This document shows positions 22,180 through 31,911 of a stretch of 57,208 nucleotides of DNA, in pieces. The translations under genes and the position numbers were made by a program. This stretch comes from Dehalococcoidia bacterium UBA1332 (GTDB lineage Bacteria > Chloroflexota > Dehalococcoidia > Lucifugimonadales > Lucifugimonadaceae). The notes beneath the pieces were generated by a model, which was not told the origin of the DNA, ran no database searches, and worked only from the letters and a program-made list of their open reading frames with translations. Location of the stretch: positions 1 to 57,208 of the forward strand of contig DBSW01000155.1 of NCBI GenBank assembly GCA_002306745.1, in the 5' to 3' direction. Each line of letters begins with the position of its first letter. The stretch's first letter is position 1.

Positions 22180-22241
22180 TATCTCGTGTCACTTACTGAA
22201 GGCAAGCGGCAGCTTTTTGCTTATTTTTTGAGGAGACAAAA

Positions 22242-22679
22242 ATGCTTATACAACAGTGGAGGGCTTTCGGACCGATAGATCGTCTGGAGTCCCATATAAA
22301 TAGTCATATCAAAGACGGCATCCCATTGAAGGAGAATCGAACCGTTAACAATTGGAGAATCCCGATTGATGTCAAGAGGAACGACGGATCTATACTTATT
22401 AGTGCATCACTACCCGGCTTTAGCAAAAATGAGATCGAGGTATCTCTCAAAGAACATGACTTGACTATAAGAGCAGATAACACCGAAACCCAAAATAACA
22501 AATCCGACGAATATCTACTGCGCGAGCGCCATACTGGCGCTTCTTCTCGGGCAATCAGACTACCTAAAAATCTAGACATCCAAAATGCAAAGCTGACATT
22601 CCAAGATGGAGTTCTAATGATCAACATGCCAATGTTAGAGAGACCAAAGGCTCTCAAGCTGGATATTTCAGCTGCCTAA
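22242..22679 (+). CDS. small heat shock protein Hsp20/alpha-crystallin
   Basis: PIDV, ASLPGF.K.EI.V, ER..G...R.IRLP, FQDGVL.I, C-terminal LDI. Confidence 0.9.
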   Translation: MLIQQWRAFGPIDRLESHINSHIKDGIPLKENRTVNNWRIPIDVKRNDGSILISASLPGFSKNEIEVSLKEHDLTIRADNTETQNNKSDEYLLRERHTGASSRAIRLPKNLDIQNAKLTFQDGVLMINMPMLERPKALKLDISAA

Positions 22680-22721
22680 TCAACAGCATCAGTAGCAGTC
22701 TGAAGTCGGCACTCACATAAT

Positions 22722-22746
22722 AGCCCCTATGCGTTCATTAGGGGCT
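22722..22746 (+). terminator. stem-loop downstream of hsp20
   Basis: AGCCCCTA/TAGGGGCT 8-bp inverted repeat with a weak U tail. Confidence 0.5.
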
Positions 22747-22837
22747 CTTATGTCTAACACAACAAAACACAGGTACATTAAGAATGGATAAACCAAAAAC
22801 TTTTAACAACAGTTATGCTACGGATTAGAACTGTTTA

Positions 22838-23914
22838 TTGAGCACAATCCCATCAGAACCAAAAAATCCCTTGCAGCCACCGTCGTTACCTGGTTTTTTT
22901 TCACGCTACCAAAATCTAATCAACGAAGCACTAAAAGACGAACTTAGCGATCTAGAATCCGACATTTACGAGATACATAGATATTACATGGGTTGGCAAG
23001 AAGTCGACGGCAAACCCTCTAATTCGACTAGCGGAAAAAGGATGCGCCCTACGCTTGCACTACTCGCAGCCGATGCTGTTGGCGGCGACATCAAACGAGC
23101 AACACCAATCGCAGTCGCACTAGAATACATCCACAACTTCTCACTAATACATGACGATCTAGAAGACATGGATAGGGTACGCCACCATCGACCAACGGTC
23201 TGGACGGTTTGGGGCGCACCTGCAGCAATAGTTTCAGGCAATGCAATGATGAAAATTGCCGACTCTGCTGCTAGAAAATTAATATACACTGGAGTACATA
23301 ATGAGCTCGCCTTAGAGGTCGAAGCTTCTTTCACCTACCATTATTTGAAAATGATGGAAGGGCAATACCTCGATATTTTTTATGAGACGGTTGATTCAAT
23401 TACGATCAACCAATATCTCGATATGATTGAGCGTAAAACAGGAGCATTAATTGAGGCGTCAATTTACCTCGGCAGCCTGGTCGCTCGCAGAGATGGACCT
23501 GACAGGAAAAAATCATCAGCGATGAAGTCTATAGGCTACGACTTAGGCAGAATTTTTCAGATACGCGACGACGTCTTAGGCATTTGGGGCGGAGATGCAA
23601 CTGGAAAACCAGTTGGTGCTGATATCAAACGAAAAAAGAAAGCATTACCGGCTGTTCATGTCTTAAACCATACAACCGGATCGACAGCGAAACGAATCGG
23701 AGCTATTTACCAAAATAAAGATGAATTATCAGACGAAGACGTGAATGTCGTACTCGAGGAAATGGAAAAACTACGTACTCAAGATTATTGTCAGGCCATG
23801 GCAGAATCACGATGGGCTAACTGTAAACAGATGATAGAGTCGTTGGAACTATCAGGTAACACTGCTGCAGAATTCGCCGAACTTGGTGAATTTTTACTAA
23901 TTAGAGAATCTTAA
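22838..23914 (+). CDS. short-chain polyprenyl diphosphate synthase (FPP/GGPP, IdsA-like)
   Basis: GKRMRP, HNFSLIHDDLED (FARM), GQYLD, KTGAL, FQIRDD (SARM). Confidence 0.9.
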   Translation: MSTIPSEPKNPLQPPSLPGFFSRYQNLINEALKDELSDLESDIYEIHRYYMGWQEVDGKPSNSTSGKRMRPTLALLAADAVGGDIKRATPIAVALEYIHNFSLIHDDLEDMDRVRHHRPTVWTVWGAPAAIVSGNAMMKIADSAARKLIYTGVHNELALEVEASFTYHYLKMMEGQYLDIFYETVDSITINQYLDMIERKTGALIEASIYLGSLVARRDGPDRKKSSAMKSIGYDLGRIFQIRDDVLGIWGGDATGKPVGADIKRKKKALPAVHVLNHTTGSTAKRIGAIYQNKDELSDEDVNVVLEEMEKLRTQDYCQAMAESRWANCKQMIESLELSGNTAAEFAELGEFLLIRES

Positions 23915-23988
23915 ACGAAAAGATATCTGATGCAGTATGCCTAATTACTTGATTGATGTTAATTCATTCCCAGACTGCTCATTAAACC

Positions 23989-24768
23989 ATGATCATTGCC
24001 ATAGGCTCGTTCCAGCGAGAAGCAAATAGAATAATCCGGTCGAGAAACTACCTTCCAATCGATTCACCGGAAGAGTTCCTTGCATTTGAGTCTAAATCCA
24101 GCGAAATCCCAGTCATAATACTCAGCGGATCTGGAGCACCTCGAGCTTCTCATGCCACAAAATGGGCGATCGAAAATTTCTCTCCAGAAGGTATCATTTC
24201 ATTTGGTGTTTGCGCTGCAACCAAAGAATTGATACGCTCCGGGGATATTGTAATTGCATCTGATGTCATTGAGCTGGAAGGACCTCCATTAGAGTGGTCG
24301 ATGGAAATTGAAAAAGACGCTCTTGAGCCCGATCGAAAGATGCTGCTTGCATCGCGCGCTGCGGTAGAAATTTCCGGACTGGACTATCACCAAGGCACCA
24401 TCGCAACTATACCTCAAATCGTCACTGGCGAAAGCATTAAGCATTGGCTTGGCCAAACGATAAACTCAACTGCAATTGACACCGAATCGTATGCAATAGC
24501 TTCCATTTCTCATCAATCAAAAATACCGTGGCTCGCAATATCAGCTGTAGTTGACGACGTCCATTTCAACACTCCCTCTACCTCAAGACGAATCGGCATA
24601 GGACCAAACGAACGAGGTGTAAAAACATATCTACGCCACGTCACAAATACACCTCGCGATCTGCTTGCGATCATTCAATTTAACAGATACAAAAATCGAG
24701 CTGATGCATCGCTAGAAACTTTCATGCTCTCTTTCAACGAAGCGATACGAGTTGCAACAAAACTGTAA
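23989..24768 (+). CDS. PNP/MTA nucleosidase-family protein (HpnG-like)
   Basis: SGSG, ISFGVCAA, GDIVI, AIDTESYAIA, ISAVVD; located in the hpn cluster. Confidence 0.65.
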   Translation: MIIAIGSFQREANRIIRSRNYLPIDSPEEFLAFESKSSEIPVIILSGSGAPRASHATKWAIENFSPEGIISFGVCAATKELIRSGDIVIASDVIELEGPPLEWSMEIEKDALEPDRKMLLASRAAVEISGLDYHQGTIATIPQIVTGESIKHWLGQTINSTAIDTESYAIASISHQSKIPWLAISAVVDDVHFNTPSTSRRIGIGPNERGVKTYLRHVTNTPRDLLAIIQFNRYKNRADASLETFMLSFNEAIRVATKL

Positions 24769-25074
24769 TCCTGAGTAATAAGTTATATAGTGAACCGTTT
24801 TGGGTTGAAGCTCTCTATTAAGAGATTTGATTTAAAAAAACAGTCATGCACACGATCCTGCGATTAAAATTAATTGGGCAAACCATAAAAAACGATATAA
24901 TTGAACGGTTGAAAATATTCGCTGACCGTGACACGTACAGTAATATGTCTTTAAACGTTTTCACACTCGTAAAGTCGTAATATATGAGGCGTCAGTTGCG
25001 CTTGTGCGGAGAGACGATAACTGTTCGCTGATTTACCAAGTCTCTATACACAAACCCTGAGGAGGGGAATAGGA

Positions 25075-25617
25075 TTGGATTCGGATAAGACACGCATGAT
25101 GTCGGCCGTTGAAGCGGGTCGAATAAGCGTGTTAAATGGCACCGCACCTGCTGGTCTCGCTATTGGGGCCGAATACAAGGTATTTAGTAAAATAGTGGAA
25201 GTCGAATCCACCGATGCCCCCGAACTGATTGACTTCACGGAAGAACTAAAACAGATCGTTGCGCAGTCTGGAGTCAAGAATGGGCAAGTTTCGATTTACA
25301 GCACTCATACAACATTCTCTGTAATTATCAATGAGAACGAACCTCTACTGATTAAAGACGTACAACACTTTTTGGAACGCAGTGCGCCAAAAGACGCCTA
25401 TTACGGACACAATGATTTTGAATTGCGTACAGTCAGTATGCGCCCAAATGAATGCCCTAATGGTCACGCACATTGCCAACACCTGATTCTCGGGACATCT
25501 GAAATCGTCCCAGTAATTGATGGCAACCCGCTCTTAGGTGAATTCCAAAGAGTGTTCCTAGTCGAATTAGATGAGCCAAAACCTAGACAGATCGCTATTC
25601 AGGTTATGGGTCTATAG
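25075..25617 (+). CDS. YjbQ/UPF0047 family protein
   Basis: IDFTEE, HTT.SVIINENEP, Y.HN, NGHAH, LGEFQRVFLVELD; GGAGG RBS. Confidence 0.85.
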   Translation: MDSDKTRMMSAVEAGRISVLNGTAPAGLAIGAEYKVFSKIVEVESTDAPELIDFTEELKQIVAQSGVKNGQVSIYSTHTTFSVIINENEPLLIKDVQHFLERSAPKDAYYGHNDFELRTVSMRPNECPNGHAHCQHLILGTSEIVPVIDGNPLLGEFQRVFLVELDEPKPRQIAIQVMGL

Positions 25618-25665
25618 GTTTCTAAGTGAAACCATTTAAATTATCAGCCCATTAGCGCAACCAGG

Positions 25666-26655
25666 TTGCTGATGAAACGAACACGCTCAACAAGCATCGA
25701 ACTTCCGGTTCCAAAAATAGAGGTCCCCATGGACTCTCGCGGATATCTCGATGCAACTTTCGCAGCCTGTGAGCAACTTGCTAAAACCCACTACGAAAAT
25801 TTCATTATTGGTTCTAAGCTGCTACCCAAACACTTAAAAAAGCACTTCTACTCGATCTATTCCTTCGCTCGTGGCGTAGATGATCTTGGAGATGAAATAG
25901 AAGGCGATCGTCTTGCCCTATTAGATCTTTGGGCAAAAGAACTAAATTCATGCTACGCATCTAATATTGATGCGAGTCCCCCAACGCATCCATACTTCGT
26001 TGCTTTGACTGAAACCATTAAACAATTCAATATCCCAGTTGAACCTTTCGAACGACTTATCGAAGCAAACCGTAGAGATCAGTCAATCACACGATATGAA
26101 ACATTTGACGACTTGACCAAATACTGCGCACTCTCGGCCAATCCAGTTGGTCAACTAGTTCTGTACCTAAGCAAAATCACTGATCCAAACCTATTGAAGC
26201 TATCTGACAAGATCTGCACAGGTCTTCAACTAACAAATTTTTGTCAGGACGTAGGTACAGACATCGTACTCGGGCGTATCTACATCCCACTAGAAGATCT
26301 CCGAGTTTTCGAAGTGACAGAAAAACAGATAAAAGCATTTGAACACAACGAAAATTTTGAAAACCTAATGCGTTTTCAAGTCAATAGAGCTCGAGAGTTT
26401 TTGCTACAGGGATACCCACTGCTCAAACATCTTGATGATCAATTTAAATTAGACTTTGCATTATTTGTACGTGGTGGCCTAGAAGTGCTCCGCTTGATTG
26501 AAAATAAGAACTATAAGATTTTTACAAGACGAGTACGTATATCAAAATTTCATTCTGCTCAAATTTTCTTCTTTACATGGCTAAGATTTAAATTGAATAA
26601 AAAACTAGTACCTGAAAAACTATTTGATCCGGACAACCAAGACACATCTTATTAA
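25666..26655 (+). CDS. hpnC: squalene synthase HpnC
   Basis: THYENF, YSFARGVDDLGDE, YCALSANPVG.LVL, LQLTNFCQDV, GRIYIP. Start uncertain. Confidence 0.92.
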   Translation: MLMKRTRSTSIELPVPKIEVPMDSRGYLDATFAACEQLAKTHYENFIIGSKLLPKHLKKHFYSIYSFARGVDDLGDEIEGDRLALLDLWAKELNSCYASNIDASPPTHPYFVALTETIKQFNIPVEPFERLIEANRRDQSITRYETFDDLTKYCALSANPVGQLVLYLSKITDPNLLKLSDKICTGLQLTNFCQDVGTDIVLGRIYIPLEDLRVFEVTEKQIKAFEHNENFENLMRFQVNRAREFLLQGYPLLKHLDDQFKLDFALFVRGGLEVLRLIENKNYKIFTRRVRISKFHSAQIFFFTWLRFKLNKKLVPEKLFDPDNQDTSY

Positions 26656-26656
26656 T

Positions 26657-27592
26657 ATGACGGACTATTCAGATACCTCTGACTCAAAATCTAAATCACG
26701 CAAAATCGCAACTGCATACCGAGTTGTGGCGGCGTCTACGAAAGCGGCATCAACAAATTTCTACTACGCCTTCGCTACCCTTCCGGCCGACAAACGGAAT
26801 GCGGTTTATGCTGGTTACTCTTTTTGTCGTCTTGCAGACGATATTGTCGATCATGGTATCTACGGCAAACGAACTGGTGAAGCACTGGATGCTCTCCAAA
26901 ATAAACTGATAGAGGCAAGTAAAGGCGACTGTGTAAAAACTAACTCTTTCCAGCCCGATCTAGCGGCGCCTGAGCTTTGGCAAGCACTTAGTCACACTCT
27001 AAAAAAGTTTCCGATAAACCATCAACACCTGATAGACGTTGTTGAAGGTTGCCGAATGGATCTAAACGGAACTACTTACGACACCTGGGAACAACTCATC
27101 CAATACTGTAAGCGAGTTGCTAGTGCGACTGGACTTGCGCTCATAGAGGTATTCGGCTATGAGGATAATAAAGCCGTTGAATACGCCGTGGATCTCGGTA
27201 TAGCCTTACAACTCACAAATATACTCCGCGACATTACCGAAGACCTCGAAATAGGGCGAGTCTATTTACCCAGAACGGAAATGGATGCGTTTGGAGTCTC
27301 CCTAACGGATCTACGCGAAAAAAGAGTCACACCCTCATATGTACGTTTCATGCAATTCCAAGTTAAGCGAGCCCGCAAATATCTCGAATCAGGGATTAGG
27401 CTGTTCCCTCTTCTAGATGATCAGTCAAGACAGTGCCCACAAATCATGGTTCATGTATATCAATTACTGCTAGATCGCATAGAAAAAAATAACTTTGACA
27501 CACTAAACCGAAAAACTAGTCTAAGCAGATGGCAAAAATTTAAGTTAATAGCGAGAATTTGGCTCAGAATTCCTAAGGTTAGATTAAGTTAG
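26657..27592 (+). CDS. hpnD: presqualene diphosphate synthase HpnD
   Basis: NFYYAF, FCRLADDIVD, YCKRVASATG, LQLTNILRDI.ED, GRVYLP; between hpnC and hpnE. Confidence 0.9.
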   Translation: MTDYSDTSDSKSKSRKIATAYRVVAASTKAASTNFYYAFATLPADKRNAVYAGYSFCRLADDIVDHGIYGKRTGEALDALQNKLIEASKGDCVKTNSFQPDLAAPELWQALSHTLKKFPINHQHLIDVVEGCRMDLNGTTYDTWEQLIQYCKRVASATGLALIEVFGYEDNKAVEYAVDLGIALQLTNILRDITEDLEIGRVYLPRTEMDAFGVSLTDLREKRVTPSYVRFMQFQVKRARKYLESGIRLFPLLDDQSRQCPQIMVHVYQLLLDRIEKNNFDTLNRKTSLSRWQKFKLIARIWLRIPKVRLS

Positions 27593-27595
27593 ACC

Positions 27596-28960
27596 ATGAC
27601 AACTGTCAGGGTAATAATCATAGGGGGTGGAATCGCCGGCCTTGCCACAGCAGTCCGGCTAATCAATCACGACATAAAACCGGTTGTGCTAGAAAAACGT
27701 CCATTCCTAGGAGGGCGCGCTTTCTCATTTTACGACAGGGAATCAGGTGAGGAAATCGATAATGGACAACATGTTTTCCTTGGAGCTTGTGACCAGTTTC
27801 TGCAATACATAACTGAGATCGGAGGAGCTGATCAAGTATCACTTAATAAACGTATTGGGTTCCCTGTCATAAAACGAGGCAAAACTAGTTGGATAAAAGC
27901 AAAAAATCTACCGACCAGAATAGTAAATCTACTGGCACTGCTCGGGTACAACCATATTGGGTTCATTGGAAAAGCCCAAATACTCTGGGGGCTTTTATTA
28001 ATCCTACTGTGCAACACTAAAACTGAAGCCAAGCACGATAAAATAAACTTTGACCAATGGCTTAGAAACCACGGGCAGAATAACGAAACTATCGACAATT
28101 TCTGGAATTTAATAGTTTTGCCAAGCCTAAATGACCAAATAACCGCAGTCAGCGCCAAGACTGGAATCGAACTGTTCAAAGTTGCACTTCTAAGTTCCGC
28201 AGAAAACCCTGCTATAGGTATCCCATTAGAAGGACTATCAACTTTAGTAGGAGAAAATGCCCGCCGATATATCGAGAATAACGGCGGGGAGATTCACACC
28301 GGGGTAGCCGTAGATTCACTGGACTTTAAAGCAGAACGAGCAGTTGGAGTGAAATCAGTGAATGGCTTACTTTTCACAGGTGACGCAGTCGTATCTGCTG
28401 TTCCCGCTGCTGCCATGCTCCGCCTGAAACCGACGAAACTTATAAACTCAAACATATTTTTTAAAGCTGCAAAATATGTCCAAACAGCGCCTATAGTCGC
28501 AATTCATATCTGGTACGACCGTCATGTAATGAATGAGCCATACGCTGCGATCCTAGATTCACCGTTACAGTGGGTGTTTAACGAAACTATGCTCAAGTCA
28601 AAAAAGGATACCAGTCAACATATTGTAATTTCTCTTAGTGGAGCGTGGGAATGGAAAGACCGTCCCAAAAATGAATTAAGGAGCATATTCGTCGAAGCAA
28701 TGAAAGAATCGTTCCCATTAACACGTGAAGCTTCAATCGAGAAATTCACGGTTGTCAAAATGCTGGATGCAACTTTTCGGGTAACTCCTGGCTCACGTTT
28801 AACTCGCCTACAGCAACGAACACCAATCACAAATTTTTATTTGGCTGGCGATTGGACTGATACAGGTTGGCCATCGACAATGGAATCCGCTGTTAGAAGT
28901 GGAAATATCGCCGCCAAATTCATAGTTGAAGATGTGAACTCAGGCACGTTGAAACGGTGA
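27596..28960 (+). CDS. hpnE: hydroxysqualene dehydroxylase HpnE (FAD-dependent)
   Basis: GGGIAGL, LGGRAFS, IDNGQHVFLG, AGDWTDTGWPSTMESAVRSG. Confidence 0.92.
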   Translation: MTTVRVIIIGGGIAGLATAVRLINHDIKPVVLEKRPFLGGRAFSFYDRESGEEIDNGQHVFLGACDQFLQYITEIGGADQVSLNKRIGFPVIKRGKTSWIKAKNLPTRIVNLLALLGYNHIGFIGKAQILWGLLLILLCNTKTEAKHDKINFDQWLRNHGQNNETIDNFWNLIVLPSLNDQITAVSAKTGIELFKVALLSSAENPAIGIPLEGLSTLVGENARRYIENNGGEIHTGVAVDSLDFKAERAVGVKSVNGLLFTGDAVVSAVPAAAMLRLKPTKLINSNIFFKAAKYVQTAPIVAIHIWYDRHVMNEPYAAILDSPLQWVFNETMLKSKKDTSQHIVISLSGAWEWKDRPKNELRSIFVEAMKESFPLTREASIEKFTVVKMLDATFRVTPGSRLTRLQQRTPITNFYLAGDWTDTGWPSTMESAVRSGNIAAKFIVEDVNSGTLKR

Positions 28961-29154
28961 TCTGATGTCAACAAATTGACTATCGCGTACAAATAAAACA
29001 TAACAATCAACTTAGAAAACCAATTTCTCGTATATTTATATGCAAAACAGACACTGATGAACTTGTGCCTAGGCTACAATTTAGTCCCGAGAAACCATAA
29101 AAATACTCCAAACGACGTTGACCACAGGCACCCATTAAAAGAACACCCGCCCAC

Positions 29155-30192
29155 ATGCCATTAGACGAATTTGATTCTATCGATCGTATGATCATGAACA
29201 AAATCCAAGCCGAGTTCCCCATGGTCGATCAACCATACAAGGTGATCGGTCAAACATTGGGAATTGACGAGCAAGAAGTGATGGATAGGATAGACAGTCT
29301 TAGACGAAAAAATGTTGTTCGACAAATCGGAGCGATATTTGATACGCGAAAACTCAAATATCAATCCATGCTGGTTGCAATGAAATTTGAAAAAAACGAG
29401 CTAGATCAAGCAGCACAATTACTCAATCGTCATCCGGGTATCAGCCACAACTATGAACGTGGTGGATATTTCAACCTGTGGTTCACTATAGCAGTACCAC
29501 CTGATCGCTCACTCGAAAATGAAGTTAAAACGCTCGGAAAAATCACAGGGGCACTATCGACTCGCCTATTACCTACCATCAAGTTTTTCAAGATAGGTGT
29601 TAATTTCGACATGATTCAGGGTCGTTCGAACGCCAAAGATGGATACCGGCCCGAAGATCAGGGAATGACAAGCACGACAGGACCTGAAATAACAGATGAT
29701 CTGATTCAGTATGTGAAGGTGATGCAAGAAGATCTTGTTACGATTTCCCGACCGTTCCAGCCGATGGCCGACGAACTAAATATGACAACCCAGCAGCTAT
29801 TCGAACGCGCTAACGAACTAATACAACAAAAAGTTATGCGTCGGTATAGCGCTGTACTACATCATCGCCGCGCCGGTTTTTCATCAAATGCAATGATCGT
29901 ATGGAAGGTTCCGGAAGAGCAATCAGAGGAAATCGGCGTGGTCATGGCGCAGCACCCAGCGGTTACCCACTGTTACCAACGTCCAACATATAACGACTGG
30001 CCTTATTCGCACTTCACAATGGTTCATGGAACCAATGAAGAAGAGTGTGAACGATTCGGAGAAGAGATAGCAGCAGCTACGGGGATAACCGAAAAACAGC
30101 TCGTATACAGCCTTAGAGAGTTCAAAAAAACAAGAGTGCGGTACTTCGTAGAAGATGAATTCCTAATACAAGAACTCCAACCATTAAGCTGA
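29155..30192 (+). CDS. ahbAB: siroheme decarboxylase AhbA-AhbB fusion (NirDL-like, Lrp/AsnC fold)
   Basis: Two Lrp-like halves with SHNYER..FNLWFT and THCYQRP...WPYSHFTMVH; adjacent to tetrapyrrole genes. Confidence 0.88.
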   Translation: MPLDEFDSIDRMIMNKIQAEFPMVDQPYKVIGQTLGIDEQEVMDRIDSLRRKNVVRQIGAIFDTRKLKYQSMLVAMKFEKNELDQAAQLLNRHPGISHNYERGGYFNLWFTIAVPPDRSLENEVKTLGKITGALSTRLLPTIKFFKIGVNFDMIQGRSNAKDGYRPEDQGMTSTTGPEITDDLIQYVKVMQEDLVTISRPFQPMADELNMTTQQLFERANELIQQKVMRRYSAVLHHRRAGFSSNAMIVWKVPEEQSEEIGVVMAQHPAVTHCYQRPTYNDWPYSHFTMVHGTNEEECERFGEEIAAATGITEKQLVYSLREFKKTRVRYFVEDEFLIQELQPLS

Positions 30193-30242
30193 ATAGCCAG
30201 CTATCCCAACCTGAAACAAACAAGATAAGAAAGGAGAAAATT

Positions 30243-30953
30243 GTGCCGCGCTACTACGGTATATACCTCGATGTAAAAGAACGCCTCGGAATCGTTTTTG
30301 GAGGCGACGCACACGAAGGCGAAAGGAAAGTGAGCTACCTGCTCGAATGCGGCGCTAAGGTCAAGTTATTCAGCCCAAACGACGAGATATCTACAAATTT
30401 GAAAGCATTAGCAAAAACCGGACGGATCGAATGGGTTAATCGCAAATATCAACCGGGAGACCTATCTGGTGCCTGGGTAGTGATAGTTGCAGACACTTCC
30501 TCGCCAGAAATCAATGAGGCAATTGCGAACGAAGCAGCGGATAAAAATATTTTATTAAACGTTATGGACGTCACTCCATTATGCACTTTTATTGCACCTT
30601 CTCTAGTACACAGAAATGATGTTACAGTCGCAATATCATCTGCAGGAACCAGCCCAGCGCTAGCTCGCCGACTGCGTGAAGAAATGACCGCAGAATCTTG
30701 TAATTGTTTACGATGGGCGAATGTCGGACCGATATTCACAGAGGTTAGAAAAGATATTCGAGGTAGAGGGATTGTCTGTTGTCCTGAAAAATGGCAAAAA
30801 TTTATGACACCTGACTGGTTAGACGAAGCCGAACACGGAGACCTTGAGAAAGCGACAAAACAGCTAACATCTGGAATCGAAAGCGTAAACTGTCAATCTT
30901 GTCAACCTTACGGATCATGCCAAAGACTCGAATCATCCCCACCAAATCATTAA
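30243..30953 (+). CDS. precorrin-2 dehydrogenase/sirohydrochlorin ferrochelatase (SirC/Met8-like)
   Basis: YGIYLD, VFGG...ERKV..LL, NVMD..LCTFI.P, AISSAGTSPALARRLRE. Confidence 0.85.
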   Translation: MPRYYGIYLDVKERLGIVFGGDAHEGERKVSYLLECGAKVKLFSPNDEISTNLKALAKTGRIEWVNRKYQPGDLSGAWVVIVADTSSPEINEAIANEAADKNILLNVMDVTPLCTFIAPSLVHRNDVTVAISSAGTSPALARRLREEMTAESCNCLRWANVGPIFTEVRKDIRGRGIVCCPEKWQKFMTPDWLDEAEHGDLEKATKQLTSGIESVNCQSCQPYGSCQRLESSPPNH

Positions 30954-30975
30954 CGTATACACCTCCTCAAAAACG

Positions 30976-31911
30976 ATGACTCAGACCATCCGAGTGATAA
31001 AAGTCGGCACACGTGGCAGCGACCTTGCGCTCAAACAAACAGCGCAAGTTGTTACTGCGTTGAGGGAACTAAATCCCACCGTAAAATTCGAAGTTAACGT
31101 TGTAAAAACGACCGGAGATATTAAACGTAGAGAAAACATAGAGACACTTGGCGTTGGCGTGTTTGTCCGAGAGCTTGAAAGTGCTCTTATCGATAGCCGT
31201 ATTGACATTGCAGTACACAGCCTGAAAGACATGCCTGCTGCATTGCCAATTGATTTCAAGCTGGCAGCAGTTCCAATTAGAGAGGACCCACGTGACGCAA
31301 TAATCAGTAAAAGTGGAGAATCTCTCAATGATCTTCAAGCAGGTTCTATAATCGCTACTGGCAGTGCTCGCAGAAAAGCGTTAATCAAATTAGCACGCCC
31401 AGATCTCGAAGTGGTACCCATACGCGGTAACGTGCCGACACGTCTTGAAAAACTTAATGAACACAATGGGCCAGACGCCGTTATGCTTGCTGCCGCAGGA
31501 CTTAATCGATTAGGTATATCGGACAAAATTTCAGCGTATTTACCTTGTATGGAATTTGTAGCGGCCGTAGGGCAAGGCGCATTAGCACTGGAGATTCGAA
31601 CTAGCGACTCTCAGACATTCGACATCGCAAATAAGTTAAATGACTATAACAGTTATAAAGCTGTGAGCTGTGAACGCGCTTTTCTTGAAATTGTAGGTGG
31701 GGGTTGTTCTGCTCCGATTGCAGCGCACGCAGAAATCACGGGAAATAAAATCGAGCTTTCCGGATTCGCCTCGACACCAGATGGAACTGAATCTATCAGA
31801 AAACGAGTATCAGGAGACACCAAAGATTCAATCAGCCTAGGACGTCAACTTGGCGAATTTTTCGTAAACAAAGGAACCAGAAAACTAATAAAAGGGAAAT
31901 CAGGTAACTGA
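30976..31911 (+). CDS. hemC: hydroxymethylbilane synthase
   Basis: GTRGSDLAL.Q, TTGD, AVHSLKDMP, RGNVPTRL, GGCSAP. Confidence 0.96.
   Translation: MTQTIRVIKVGTRGSDLALKQTAQVVTALRELNPTVKFEVNVVKTTGDIKRRENIETLGVGVFVRELESALIDSRIDIAVHSLKDMPAALPIDFKLAAVPIREDPRDAIISKSGESLNDLQAGSIIATGSARRKALIKLARPDLEVVPIRGNVPTRLEKLNEHNGPDAVMLAAAGLNRLGISDKISAYLPCMEFVAAVGQGALALEIRTSDSQTFDIANKLNDYNSYKAVSCERAFLEIVGGGCSAPIAAHAEITGNKIELSGFASTPDGTESIRKRVSGDTKDSISLGRQLGEFFVNKGTRKLIKGKSGN

Noticed and set aside
24769-25074. Riboswitch (e.g. TPP) or leader peptide upstream of yjbQ
   Set aside because: No recognisable aptamer consensus or terminator; the tiny ORFs lack support. An Rfam scan would settle it.
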